Of a DNA stretch of 20,000 bases, positions 8,968 to 20,000 are shown piece by piece. Position numbers and translations under genes: made by a program. Below the pieces are notes generated by a model that saw only the letters and a program-made list of their open reading frames with translations, did not search any database and was not told the origin of the DNA. This DNA is from Chiloscyllium plagiosum. Lineage: Eukaryota. The stretch covers positions 69,316,616 to 69,336,615 of the forward strand of contig NC_057718.1 of the NCBI RefSeq assembly GCF_004010195.1, in the 5' to 3' direction. The stretch's first letter is position 1. Each line of letters starts with the position of its first letter.

Positions 8968-9291
8968 CAGCCTAACAATTTAGTGGAACTCATTCCTGTT
9001 GATAAATTCTGGAGCACTGCGATATGGTCCTCCAAGTTGGTCTTCCTGCATCTGGGCAAGCTAGCTATGTCACTGTATCGACTGCAAGAGCTGCAACACT
9101 GATCTCCTTACAGGGAAACAAAATGAAACGATGAGGCAGATGGTATTGGTTGCAGTCATGATGCATTTGTGGGTGCACAACAGAGAGATCTCAGGCAGGT
9201 CACCCTTTGTTTTCAGGAAGGAGCCAGTAGCATAGACATTCAAAATGGCTATTAATTTCACTTCCGCCAAAAGAGGATGACCCTCCTCCAC
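8968..9291 (-). pseudogene. PIF/Harbinger transposase (HARBI1-like DDE nuclease) relic
   Basis: Minus strand: GHPLLAEVKLIAILNVYATGSFLKTKGDLPEISLLCTHKCI (Harbinger pattern L.FYATGSF...GD..GISQ...HxCI). Downstream EFINRNEFH*IVRL (9009-8968) matches FINRKGFHSLNVQL. Confidence 0.72.
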
Positions 9292-9299
9292 TTAAAATG

Positions 9300-9765
9300 A
9301 TAGGACAAAGGAACAGGAGTAGGTCATTCAGCTCCCCCAGACTGTTATCCTATTCATTAGGCTTATTGCTAATCCGTAATTCCTCTCGTCCATATTTCTG
9401 CCCTTTCTCTGTAACTTTTATTTCCCCTACAGATGGATAATCAGCTCTCTATGGTGTGGAATTCCAAAGACACTTGACCCTTGAAATTCTGTCTCATCTC
9501 GGTCTTAAATTTGCATCCAGTCATTTTGAGATTATGGTCCTAGACTCTCCCATAAGAGGAAACATCAGCATTTCCCCTGTCAAGCCCCTTAAGAATTTGA
9601 TGTGTTTCAATGAAATCACCTAATTTTTCTAAACTCCAGCAAGTAGAGTCCCAAGCCATTTAGCCTTTGGTCATAAGACCATATCTCCTTTACTGACAAA
9701 CATCCAAGTGAACCTTCTCTTAACTACTTCATATAAAATGGCATCTTTCCTTGAATAAGAGGATG
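9300..9765 (-). mobile_element. Old CR1 3' fragment
   Basis: AGGAACAGGAGTAGGTCATTCAG 3' end, GAATTCCAAAGA, CTCATCTCGGTCTTAAAT, GTCCTAGACTCTCCC and CCTGTCAAGCCCCTTAAGAAT are reverse-complement CR1 motifs. Confidence 0.75.
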
Positions 9766-10351
9766 GAGGATGAGAAAAAAATTGTGGTTATAAGAACTGT
9801 TTTTGTTTTGAGATACTTCAGGTGTTGGAAGCTATTTCCTCATTCCAAGAGCAGTAATTCTTGTTTGATAAGATGTTGCATTGCTTTGGAACTTTGGGGG
9901 GAAAAGAAATCCAAACAACAGCAATTTAAAAAGTAAAGAGCCAAAGGTAGAGACCACATGGGCAATGATTCAAACTGAGAATGAAGCCTATACTGCTGTC
10001 TGACACAACAGTGAATCTGCACAGTTACTGCCTTTGCTGCTTGAGTTCAAGTATCTCTGGACATTGGTATGTGTCCAAGAAAAATGAACAGCAGTGGAAT
10101 TCACAGTTGACCTTGGAGGTACCTTTGTGGGGGAGCTCACAGCATGAGAACAGTTAAGTGCATAGATTTTAAGTGTAACCTTACTTTTTTCAATTGTAAA
10201 TCTACAACAGTAAAGAAAGTGGGTTCTTTTTTGATAGGTTTCATAGAGATCCGTCTCTTGATTAAATTTAAAAAATATAAAATATAGGTACTTAGCAGTT
10301 TTTTTTAGAGCAGTAAAACTGTTATTTTCTGGGATTGTAGATTAAGGTGCA

Positions 10352-11652
10352 ATGACTGCCTTTAGTAGAGTGATGTGCTCTTCCTGTCAGATACGGGAGA
10401 TTGAGAGTTTCCATGTTACTGATGATTATGTCTGCAGGAAGTGCATTTGGTTGCAAATCCTATCCAATCACATGGATCAGTTTGAGCAGCAGTTCAACAC
10501 GGAAACAAAATCTTTAGTCCAACTCGTCCACACTAACCAGATAGCACAAATGATCTAGTCCCATTTGTCAGCACTTGGCCAATATCCCTCTAAACTCTTC
10601 CTATTTATATGCCCATCCAGATGCCTTTTAAATGTTGTAATTGTACCAGCCTCTACCACTTCCTCTGGCAGCTCATTCCATACACTTACCACCCTCTGTG
10701 AGAAAAAGTTGCCCCTTAGGTACCTTTTAAATTTCTTCCCCTCTCAGCCTAAACCTCTGCCCTCTAGTTCAGGACTCTCTCATCCTAGGGAAATGACCTT
10801 GTCTACTTACCTTATCCATGCCTCTCATGATTTTATAAACCTCTATAAGTCCACCCCTCAGAAGCAATGAGGAATTAACAGGAGCTAATGGGTGTGATGG
10901 ATGGCAGTTATATGAAGGGAGAAAAACCACAAATATAGTCAGTGTTAACTCCAGGAAAGGTAGAAAAGAGAGGTAGGTATGGAGGCGTCCTCTGTGGCTA
11001 TCCCCATCTCAAACAAATATGCTGTTTTGGAAAATGTAGGTGGTGATGGACTCTCAGGGTAATGTAGCACGAACAGTCAAGTTTCTGGTACTGAGACTGG
11101 CTCTGATGTTATGAGGAATACATCAGGTTCCAAGAGATTGATTGATTGTGATAGGGGATTGTTCAGTCAGAGGCACAGACAGGCGTTTCTGTGGCTGACA
11201 GCGAGAAATCAGAATGGTATGTTGCCTCCCTAGTGCCAGGATCAAGGATATATCTGAGAGAGTACAGAATATTCTCAAAGGTGAGTGAGACCAGCATGAG
11301 GCCATTGTACACATTGGAATTCATGGCATACGAAGTGACAAGGATGAGATTCTGAAGGGAAAATATAGAAAGTTGGCAGGAATTTAAAAAGGAGGTCCTC
11401 TAGGGTAGTAATATCTGGATTACACCCATTGCCACGAACTAGTGAGGGTAGGAATAGGAGGATTGAGCAGATAAATATGTGGCTGAGGAGCTGGTGCAGA
11501 GGAGCAGAGTTCACATTTTTGGATCATTGGAATCTCTTTTATTTCAGGATAAAAGTGACCTGTAAAATCAGGAGAGATTGCATGTGAATTGGAAGAGGAC
11601 CAATATACTAGCAGGGGTCATTTCCTGGAGCTGTTGGGTAGGATTAAACTAG
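10352..11652 (+). pseudogene. CR1 ORF1 (CxxC..CxxC zinc finger + SGNH/GDSL-type esterase), disrupted
   Basis: VMCSSCQ..YVCRKCIWLQ..EQQL|EAMRN, then VIGDCSVRGTDRRFCG, CLPSARIKDISERV, IVHIG, VVISGL, NMWLRSWC, LHVNWKRTNILAG. Multiple stops. Confidence 0.85.
10495..10859 (-). mobile_element. CR1 3' fragment inserted antisense into host ORF1
   Basis: Reverse complement of the CR1 3' end (CCCATCCAGATGCCTTTTAAATG, CACTTCCTCTGGCAGCTCATTCCA). Removing it joins CAG TT|A GAA GCA ATG in frame. Confidence 0.88.
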
Positions 11653-12562
11653 TAAGCTGGAAGGTGGGGTGGGACCCAGGGAGATAGTGAGGAAAGAGAG
11701 CAATCTGAGACTGGTGCAGTTGAGGAAAGGAGCAAGTCCAAAGTCAGGGCAGGCAGGGACAAAGCAGACAACAAGGTAGGACTGATAAATTAAACTGCAT
11801 TAAATGCAGGAGGCCCAACAGGGAAGTCGGAAGAACTGAGTGTGGTTAGGAACATGGGACTGGGATATTATAGCAATTACAGAAACTTGGCTCAGAGAAT
11901 GACAGAACTGGCAGCTTAATATTCCAGGATACAAATGATGTAGGAAGGATAGAAAGGGGGACAAGAGAGGAGGGGAAATGGCCGTTTCGATAAGAGACCA
12001 CATTATAGTTGTACTTGGGAAGGGTATTCCTGGAAATATGTCCAGAGAAGTTATTTGGGTGGAATAGAGAAATAAGAAAGGGATAATTACCTTATTGGGA
12101 CTGTACTATAGACCCCTCCGATTGTCAGTGGGAAATTGAGAAACAAATTTGTGAGGAGCCCTCCATTATCTGTAAGAATAATGGGAGACCTTCAAAAATG
12201 AGAAAGCGAGAGTTCAGAGACAGTATGTTCCTGTCAGGATGAAAAGCAAGGCAATGCTAGATGACTAGTGAAAGGTTTTTTCAAGGAAAAAGAAGCATAT
12301 GTCAGATATAGACAGCAGAGATCGAGTGAATGGTTAAAGTATAAAGGCAGTAGGAATATATTTAAGAGGGAAAACAGGAGGGCAAATAGGAGCATGGCTT
12401 TGGCAAATAGGTTTAAGGAGAATCCAAAGGGATTTTATAAATATTTTAAGGACAAAAGGGTAGCCAGGGAGAGAATATGACCCCTCAAAGATCAGCAAAG
12501 CACCTGATGTGTGGAACTGCAAGAGATGGGGTAGACACTACCCCGTCAGATGTACTGTGGAA

Positions 12563-12682
12563 ACACTATCTGAGGTACTAAGGGAGAACTCTCTGAGGTA
12601 ATGAGGGAGTACTATCTGAATTATTGAGGGAGCACTATCTGATGTACTGACGAAGCAGTATCTGATGCATTGAGGGAGAACT
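12563..12682. repeat. 23-bp minisatellite, ~5.2 degenerate units (consensus GCACTATCTGATGTACTGAGGGA)
   Basis: Units start at 12563, 12586, 12609, 12632, 12655 and 12678 (partial). A related longer unit lies at ~12535-12562. Confidence 0.85.
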
Positions 12683-13066
12683 CCCATATTTTCATCAGTG
12701 TTCACTTTGGAGAAGGACATGGAAGATATAGAATGTGGGGAAATGGATGGTGACATCTCGAAAAAGATCATATTACAGAAGAGGTGGTGCTGGATGTCTT
12801 AAAACACATAGGTGGATAAATCCCCAGGATCAAATCAGGTGTACCCTAGAACTCTGGGAAGCTGGGCAAGTGATTGCTGGGCCTCTTGCTGAGATAATTG
12901 TATCATCGATAGTCACAGATGAGGTGCCGGAAGACTAGAGGCTGGCTAACGTGGTGCCAATATTTAAGAAAGGTGGTAAGGAAAAGCGCGGGAACTGTAG
13001 ACTGGTGAGCCTGACATCTGTGGAGGAAATTCTGAGGGACAGGATTTAAATGTATTTGGAAACTCT

Positions 13067-13165
13067 GAGAAAGTAAGAACTGCAGATGGTGGAGAGTCAG
13101 AGTCAAAAAGTGTGGGGCTGGAGAAAGCACAGCAGATCAGGCAGCATCTCAGAGATAGGAGTGGT
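13067..13165 (-). mobile_element. Penelope-like terminal fragment inserted in host CR1 ORF2
   Basis: GAGAAAGTAAGAACTGCAGATGGTGGAGAGTCAGAGTC..AAGCACAGCAGATCAGGCAGCATC is homologous to 368-450. The host reads GAA A|GG CAA GGA CTG ATT (ERQGLI) across it. Confidence 0.8.
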
Positions 13166-13881
13166 GGCAAGGACTGATTGGGGTGGTCAACATGGCTTTG
13201 TGTGTGGGAAATCATAGTACATAGCATATAGAACATAGAACGTTACAACACAGTACAGGCCCTTTGGCCCTTGATGTTGCACCGACCTGTGGAACCAATC
13301 TGAATCCCATCTAACCTACAGTATTCCATTTTCATCCATATGTCTATCCAATGACCATTTAAATGCCCTTAAAGCTGGCAAGTCTACTATTGTTGCAGGC
13401 AAGGTGTTCCACGCCCCCTACTACTGTCTGAGTAAAGAAGCAACCTCTGATATTTGTCTTATATCTAACACCTCTCAATTTAAAGCTATGTCCCCTCGTG
13501 CTAGCCATCACCATCCAAAGAAAACGGCTCTCACTGTCCAACCTATCTAACCCTCTGATTATCTTCTATCTCAATTAAGTTGCCTCTGAACATTCTCTCT
13601 AACAAAAACAACCTAAAGTCCCTCAGCCTTTCCTTATAAGACCTTCCTTCCATTCCAGGCAACATCCTAGTAAATCTCCTCTGAATCCTTTCCAAAGCTT
13701 CCACATCCTTCCTACAATGCGGTGACCAGAGCTCGCACCTGATGTGTCGCACCAGACCAGACCACGCAATACTCTAAATGTGGCCACACAAATTGTTTTG
13801 TACAACTGCAGCATGACCTTGTGTTTCCGAAACTCAACCTTTCTACCAATAAAAGTTAATACACTGCATGCCTTCTTAACA

Positions 13882-13948
13882 ACCAACATCTACTACAAAC
13901 CAACCGACTCCCACAGCTACCTGGACTACACCTCCTCCCATCCTGCCC
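13882..13948 (+). mobile_element. Penelope RT fragment captured at a deletion in the CR1
   Basis: Encodes TNIYYKPTDSHSYLDYTSSHPA, matching the Penelope RT C-terminal motif (YxKPT....YL...S.HP). Confidence 0.8.
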
Positions 13949-15604
13949 ATCTCTCTGCTCATCTACATGACCAAAAATCTTACCATTTGCCCAGTAATCT
14001 GCACTCCTGTTGCTCCTTCTGAAATGAATCTCCTCACACTTTTCCACATTAAACTCCATTTGCCACCACTCAGCCCAACTCTGTAGCTTATCTATGTCTC
14101 TCTGTAACCTACAACATTCTTAGTTACTATCTACGACTCTACCAACTTTGTGTCATTTGCAAATTTACTAACCCATCCTTCTATACCCTCAGCTAGGTCA
14201 TTTATATAAATGACAAACAACAGTGGGCCCAAAAATGATCTTTGCAGTACCCCACTAGTAATTGAACTTCAGAATGAATATTTCCCATCAACGTTCACCC
14301 TTTGTCTTCTTTCAGCTAGCCAGTTTCTGATCCAAACTGCTATATCACCCTCAGTCCCATGCCTCCATATTTTGTGCAATAGCCTACCATGCAGAAACTT
14401 ATCAAACACCTTACTGAAATCCATATACGCCACATCAACCACTTTACCCTCATCCACCTGTTGGTGACCATCTCAAAGAACTCTAAGGTTTGTGAGACAT
14501 GACCTACCCTTCACAAAACCGTGTTGACTATCTCTAATCAACTTATTCCTCTATAGATGATTATAAATCCTATCTCTTATAACCCTTTCCAAAACTTTAC
14601 CCACAACCGAAGTAAGGCTCACTGGTCTATAATTTCCAGGGCTGTCTCTACTGCCCTTAAACAAGGGAACAACATTTGCTATCCTCCAGTCTTCTGGCAT
14701 AATTCCTGTAGGGAATGACAACATAAATATCAAAGCCAAAAGCTTGGCAATTCCCTCCCTGGCTTCCCAGAAAATCCTAGAATTAATCTCATCCGGCCAA
14801 GGGGATTTATCTATTTTTACACTTTCCAGAATTGTTGACACCTCCTCCTTGTGCACCTCAATCCCAATTAGTCTAGTAACCTGTTTCTCAGTACTTTCCT
14901 CAACCACATTGTCTTTTTCTCGCGTTCCCTATCTCCTCTGGTTCCACGCACAAATTCCCACTACTATGCTTGATGGCCCTAATCTTACTTTTGTCATACT
15001 TTTATTTCTGATATAGCTATAGAAAGCCTTAGAGTTTTCCTTGATCCTGTCTGCCAATAAGTTCTCATGTCCCCTCCTGGCTCTCTTTAGCTCTTTCTTG
15101 GCTAACGTGTAACACTCAAGCTCTCTAAATTAGCCATCACATCTCATCCTAACATAAGCCGCCTTCTTCCTCCTGACAAGACATTCAACTTCCTTAGTAA
15201 ACCACTGCTCCCGCGTTTGACAACTTCCTCCCCGCCTGACAGGTACATACTTATCAAGGACTTGCAGTAATTGGTCCTTAAATAAGCTTCACACTTCTAT
15301 TGTGCCCATCCCCTGCAGTTTTCTTCCTCATCCTATGTATCCTAAACCTTTCTTAATCACATTGTAATTGCCTTTTCCCCCAGCTATAACTATTACCCTG
15401 CGGTGTACACCAATCCCTTTCCATCATTAAAATAAACATAACCGAATTGTGGTCACTATCACAAAAGTGCTCACCTACCTCCAAATCTAACACCTGGCTG
15501 GGTTCATTACCAACACCAAATTGAATGTCGCCTCACCCCTTGTTAGCCTGTCTACAGGAAACCCTCCTGCACACACTGGACAAAAACTGACCCAGCTAAA
15601 GTAC

Positions 15605-16260
15605 ATAGAACATAGAACATAGAACAATACAGCACAGAACAGGCCCTTCGGCCCACGATGTTGTGCCGAACATTTGTCCTAGCTTAAGCACCCATCCATG
15701 TACCTATCCAATTGCCGCTTAAAGGTCACCAAAGATTCTGACTCTANNNNNNNNNNNNNNNNNNNNNNNNNNNNNNNNNNNNNNNNNNNNNNNNNNNNNN
15801 NNNNNNNNNNNNNNNNNNNNNNNNNNNNNNNNNNNNNNNNNNNNNNNNNNNNNNNNNNNNNNNNNNNNNNNNNNNNNNNNNNNNNNNNNNNNNNNNNNNN
15901 NNNNNNNNNNNNNNNNNNNNNNNNNNNNCTGTAACATCACTTCACGACTCTTGAATTCAATCACTCTGCTAATCAACGCTAATACACCATAGGCCTTCTT
16001 ACAAGCTCTATCCACATGAGTGGTAACTTTCAAAGATCTAGAACATAGACCCCAAGATCCCTCTGTTCCTCCACCTCACTAAGAACCCTACCGTTAACCC
16101 TGTATTCCGCATTCTTATTTAAATTTCCAAAATGGACAACCTCACACTTGGCAGGGTTGAACTCCATCTGCCACTCCTCAGCCCAGCTCTGCATCATATC
16201 TAAGTCCCTTTGCAGCCGACAACAGCCCTCCTCACTATCCACAACTCCACCAATCTTCGT
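15605..16260 (-). mobile_element. Young 5'-truncated CR1 (TTCTATG tail) nested in the antisense CR1, contains an N gap
   Basis: Perfect (CATAGAA)3 tail. Well-preserved DSEEGCCRLQRDLD..WAEEWQMEFNPAKCEVVHFG. AGTAC duplicated at 15600-15604 and 16266-16270. Confidence 0.88.
15747..15928. other. Assembly gap
   Basis: Run of N. Confidence 1.
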
Positions 16261-17203
16261 ACTATAGTACTTGAACTATAGTATTCCCAGTCAATATTTG
16301 GAAAGTTAAAGCTCCCCCATAACAACTACCCTGTCACTCTTGCTCCTATCGAGGATTATCTTTGCTATCCTTTCCTCTATGTCTCTGGAACTATTCGGAG
16401 GCCTTTACAAAACTCCCAACAGGGTGACCTCTCCTTTCCTGTTTCTAATCTCAGCCCATGCTATCTCAGTAGATGAGTCCTCAAACGTCCTTCCTGCAAC
16501 CGTAATACTGCCACACCACCCCCTCTTTTTATCATCTTCTGTTCTTACTGAAATATCTAAATCCCGGAAGCTGCAACAAACATTCCTGTCCCTGCACTAA
16601 CCATGTCTCTGAAATGGCCACAACATTGAAATCACAGGTACCAACCATGCTTTACCCACCTTTATTCCGGATGCTCCTGCGTTGAAGTAGACACACTTCA
16701 AACCAACTTCTTGCCTGCTGGTGTCTTCTTGTGACCTTGAAATCTAAGTTCTCTTGTCCTCCCGTATATTTGAATTGCAATTCAGGCTCCCATTCCCTTG
16801 CTGAATCAGTTTAAACCCACCCGAAGAGCATTAGCAAATTTCCCCTCCCAGGATATTGGTACCCCTCCGGTTCAGGTGAAGATTATCCTGTTTGTAGAGG
16901 TCCCAACTATCCCAGAAAGAGCCCCAATTATCCAGGAATCCAAAACCCTCCCTCCTGCACCATCCCTGTAACCACATGTTCAACTCCTTTCTCCCCCTTT
17001 TCCTCGCTTTGCTAGCATGTGGCATGGGCAACAAACCAGAGACAACAAGAGATAAAATTGATTGAGCTATTTGAAGAAATAATGAAGAAGTTTGGTGAGG
17101 GTAAAGTGATTGACATGATCTTTCTGGACTTCAGTAAGGCATTCAATAAGGTTCTACATGGTAGACTGATTGGCAAAGTTCAATCACATAGACTACAGGG
17201 AGA

Positions 17204-18146
17204 GGATCTTGACCAGATGGGCCAATGGGCTGAGAAGTGACAGATTGAGTTTAATTCAGATAAATGCGAGGTGCTGCATTTTGGGAAAGCAAATCTTAGC
17301 AGGACTTATACACCTTAATGGTAAGGTCCTAGGGAGTGTTGCTGAACAAAGAGACCTTGGAGTGCAGGTTCATAGCTCCTTGAAAGTGGAGTCACAGGTA
17401 GATAGGATGGTAAAGAAGGCGTTTGGTATGCGTTCCTTTATTGGTCAAAGTATCGAGTACAGGAGTTGGGAGGTCATGTTGCCACTGTACAGGACATTGG
17501 TTAGGCCACTGTTGGAATATTGTGTGCAATTCTGGTCTCCTTCCTATCGGAAAGATGTTGTGAAACTTGAAAGGGTTCAGAAAAGATTTACAAGGTTGTT
17601 GCCAGGGTTGGAGGATCTGAGCTATAGAGAGACNNNNNNNNNNNNNNNNNNNNNNNNNNNNNNNNNNNNNNNNNNNNNNNNNNNNNNNNNNNTTGCCAGG
17701 GTTGGAGGATTTGAGCTATAGGGAGAGGCTGAACAGGCTGGGGCTGTTTTCCCTGGAGTGTCGGAGGCTGAAGGGTGACCTTATAGAGGTTTACAAAATA
17801 ATGAGGGGCATGGATGGGGTAAATAGGCAAAGTCTTTTCCCTGGGGTCGGGGAGTCCAGAACTAAAGGGCATAGGTTTAGAGTGAGAGGGGAAAGATATA
17901 AAAGAGACCTAAGGGCAACTTTTTCATGTGTACGTGTATGGAATGAGCTGCCAGAGGAAGTGGTGGAGGCTGGTACAATTGCAACATTTAAGAGGCATTT
18001 GGATGGGTATATGAATAGGAAGGGTTTGGAGGGATATGGGCTGGGTGCTGGCAGGTGGGACTAGACTGGGTTGGAATATCTGGTCGGCTTGGACGGGTTG
18101 GACCGAAGGATCTGTTTCCATGCTGTACATCTCTATGACTCTATGA
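17204..18146 (+). mobile_element. 5'-truncated CR1 (CTATGACT tail) nested in the host CR1 RT
   Basis: LYRTLVRPLLEYCVQFWSP..LKGDLIEVYKIMRG..WNELPEEVV..GYGLGAGRWD* followed by CTCTATGACTCTATGA. The host joins as GGAGA|ACTAGCC (GELA). Confidence 0.9.
17634..17692. other. Assembly gap
   Basis: Run of N with about 34 bp duplicated on both sides. Confidence 1.
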
Positions 18147-19607
18147 ACTAGCCATTTGAAAGTAGAAGGTAGAGGGTTGCTTTTCCGACTGGAGGCCTGT
18201 GACCAGTGATATTCCACAAGGAGTGTTTTTTTTGTCATTTATATAAAAGATTTGGATGTGAACACATGTGGTATAGATAAGAAGTTTGCAGATGACACCA
18301 AAATTGGAGGTGCAGTAGACAGTGAAGAAGGTTACCTTCAAATACAACAATGGGCCAATGAGTGGCAGATGGACTTTAATTCAAATAAATCTGAGGTGAT
18401 GCAATTTGGAAAGGCAAATCATGGCAGGACATACACATAATGGTAAGGTCCTAAGGAGTGTCTCTGAACAAAGGTTTTGGAGTACAGGTTCACTGTTCCT
18501 TGAAAGTGTAGTTGCAAAAGATTGTGAAAACATTTGGTATGCTTTTCTTTATTGGTCAGAGCATGGACTATAGGAGTTGGGAGGTCATGTTGTGGTTGTA
18601 CAGGACACTTGGTTATGTCACTTTTGGAATAATGTACAATTCTGGTCTCCCTCCTTTTGGAAGGACAGTGTGAGACTTGAAAGGGTTTAGAAAAGATTTA
18701 CAAGGATGTTGCCAATGTTGGAGAGTTTGAGGTATAGGAAGAGGCTGGGTAGGCTGGCACTGTTTTCCCTGGAGGGTTGCAAGCTGAGGGGTGATCTTAG
18801 AGGTTTAGAAGTGGTAAGATAAAATCATGAGGGGTATGGATAGGATGGGGTTGGGGCATCCAGAACTAGAGAGCACAGGTGTAGAGTGAGAGAGGAAATA
18901 AATAAAAGGAACCCAAGGGGTAATTTTTTCACACATCAGGTGACGCTTGTGTGGAATGAGTTGCCAGAGGAAGTGGTAGACACTGGTACAATTACAATAT
19001 TTAAAAGGCACCTTGATGGACATATGGATAGGAAGGGGTTAGAGGGATATGGGCCAAGTGTTTGCAAATGGGACTAGATTAGGTTAGGATATCTGGTCAG
19101 CATGGACGAGTTGGACCAACAGGTCTGTTTCCATACTGTACATCTTTGACTCTGAGGACTGCACATACTTCTCCATACAGTGAGAAATGCTAGACCATGA
19201 TAACGAAGACATGTCTCCATCATCCAGTTGCATTTAGCCTCAGCGTATGCAGCAGCTTGGTTAAAGTGCCATGCTGGCTGAATGACTATTCAATGTAATT
19301 GAGAAGGATGTGCCTGCAGCATTCTGACACTTTTCTTACCCTAGAAACACATCAGTAACTTCTCACTGCATTCAGTATAGACTATGTTAAAGTTGACAGA
19401 TGATAAAGCAATAGTGTGTGGTTCCTACAACAACTATGGAATTTGCATAAATAATGATACACATTTGGGAAGTATTGGTCTTTTTATTGTCATTGCTATT
19501 TATTTCAATATCTTTGAGTTTCCCATATTCAATTTACAAGCACCAATGGCATTGTGCAAATTATCTTTGAGAAGCATCTGACAGAGGTCCTTCAATTCTT
19601 CTGCACT

Positions 19608-20000
19608 CAAAGATGGGAACCTGAGCTGTATACCGGAGGTGAGAGTTGATGCAGATGAGGCAATAGCAAGAGGTAGACCAGCTAGTGGGAAGGATTTTCC
19701 TGGGAAGGAACCAAGGGATCAGTTAAAGTGTGTTTGCTTTAACACAAGAAGTATCAGGAATAAAAGTGATGAACTTAGAGCATGAATCAATACCTGGTGC
19801 TCTGATGTTGTGGCCATAACAGAGACATGGGTTTCTCAGGGCAGGAATGGTTGCTGGATGTTCCAGGGTTTAGAGCATTTAAAAAGAATAGGGAGGGGGG
19901 AAAAGAGGAGGGGCTGTAGCATTACTAATCAGAGAGGGTATCACAGCTACAGAAGCTTCCATTGTCGAGGAAGATCTGCCTATCGAGTCAGTATGGGTGG
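19608..20000 (+). mobile_element. CR1 ORF2 start (APE endonuclease), cut by the window edge
   Basis: LKCVCFNTRSIRNKSDELRA*INTWCSDVVAITETWVS..RGGAVALLIRE. The left boundary is approximate. Confidence 0.85.

Larger units (their letters stand above)
13213..17048 (-). mobile_element. 5'-truncated CR1 LINE (ORF1 esterase end, APE, RT, 3' tail) antisense inside the host CR1
   Basis: Degenerate (CATAGAA)4 tail at 13213-13241. RT pieces YMDFSKVFDK, NYRPVSLTSVVGKVLE, MEFNVEKCE. ORF1 piece NMWLQGWCRREGFGFLDNW..LHLNRRGTNILGG at 16831-17034. Confidence 0.9.
10352..19153 (+). mobile_element. Near full-length, internally deleted CR1 LINE hosting nested insertions (own segments ~10352-10494, 10860-12540, 12686-13062, 13166-13215, 17050-17203, 18147-19153; likely 5' UTR upstream to ~9900)
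   Basis: Collinear ORF1 (Zn finger, esterase), APE (WDWDIIAITETWL), KENPKGFYKY, QHGFVCGKS | LIELFEE..FLDFSKAF..QGE | LA..KFADDTKIGG, then the 3' UTR and tail. The reading resumes at the expected motif across each insertion. Confidence 0.85.

Noticed and set aside
12563..12682. CRISPR-like array
   Set aside because: Head-to-tail degenerate units with no unique spacers, no cas genes, and a vertebrate context.
17599..17726. ~34-bp direct repeat flanking the N gap
   Set aside because: Most likely a contig overlap or a join of two similar CR1 copies at a scaffold gap, not biology.

Overview
Repeat-saturated vertebrate genomic DNA with no recognisable host gene. The CR1 LINEs with (CTATGACT)n and (TTCTATG)n tails and the Penelope termini look like those of sharks (inference from repeat content only). 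The main feature is the 3' half of a degenerate endogenous retrovirus at about 2036-5147 (+). It has an integrase, two splice acceptors, a frameshifted env, a polypurine tract and a 402-bp 3' LTR. Once reconstructed, the env shows no recognisable conventional retroviral SU/TM motifs in the sequenced part. It has a cysteine-rich region that matches paramyxovirus-type class I fusion (F) proteins, as expected for a lokiretrovirus-like element. Two unrelated solo LTRs with 4-bp TSDs (512-1278, 5298-5976), a Penelope end with a hammerhead-like core and a Harbinger transposase relic are also present. About 10350-19150 is one decayed CR1 containing a multi-level nest of younger insertions. There are three N gaps (2999-3426, 15747-15928, 17634-17692).
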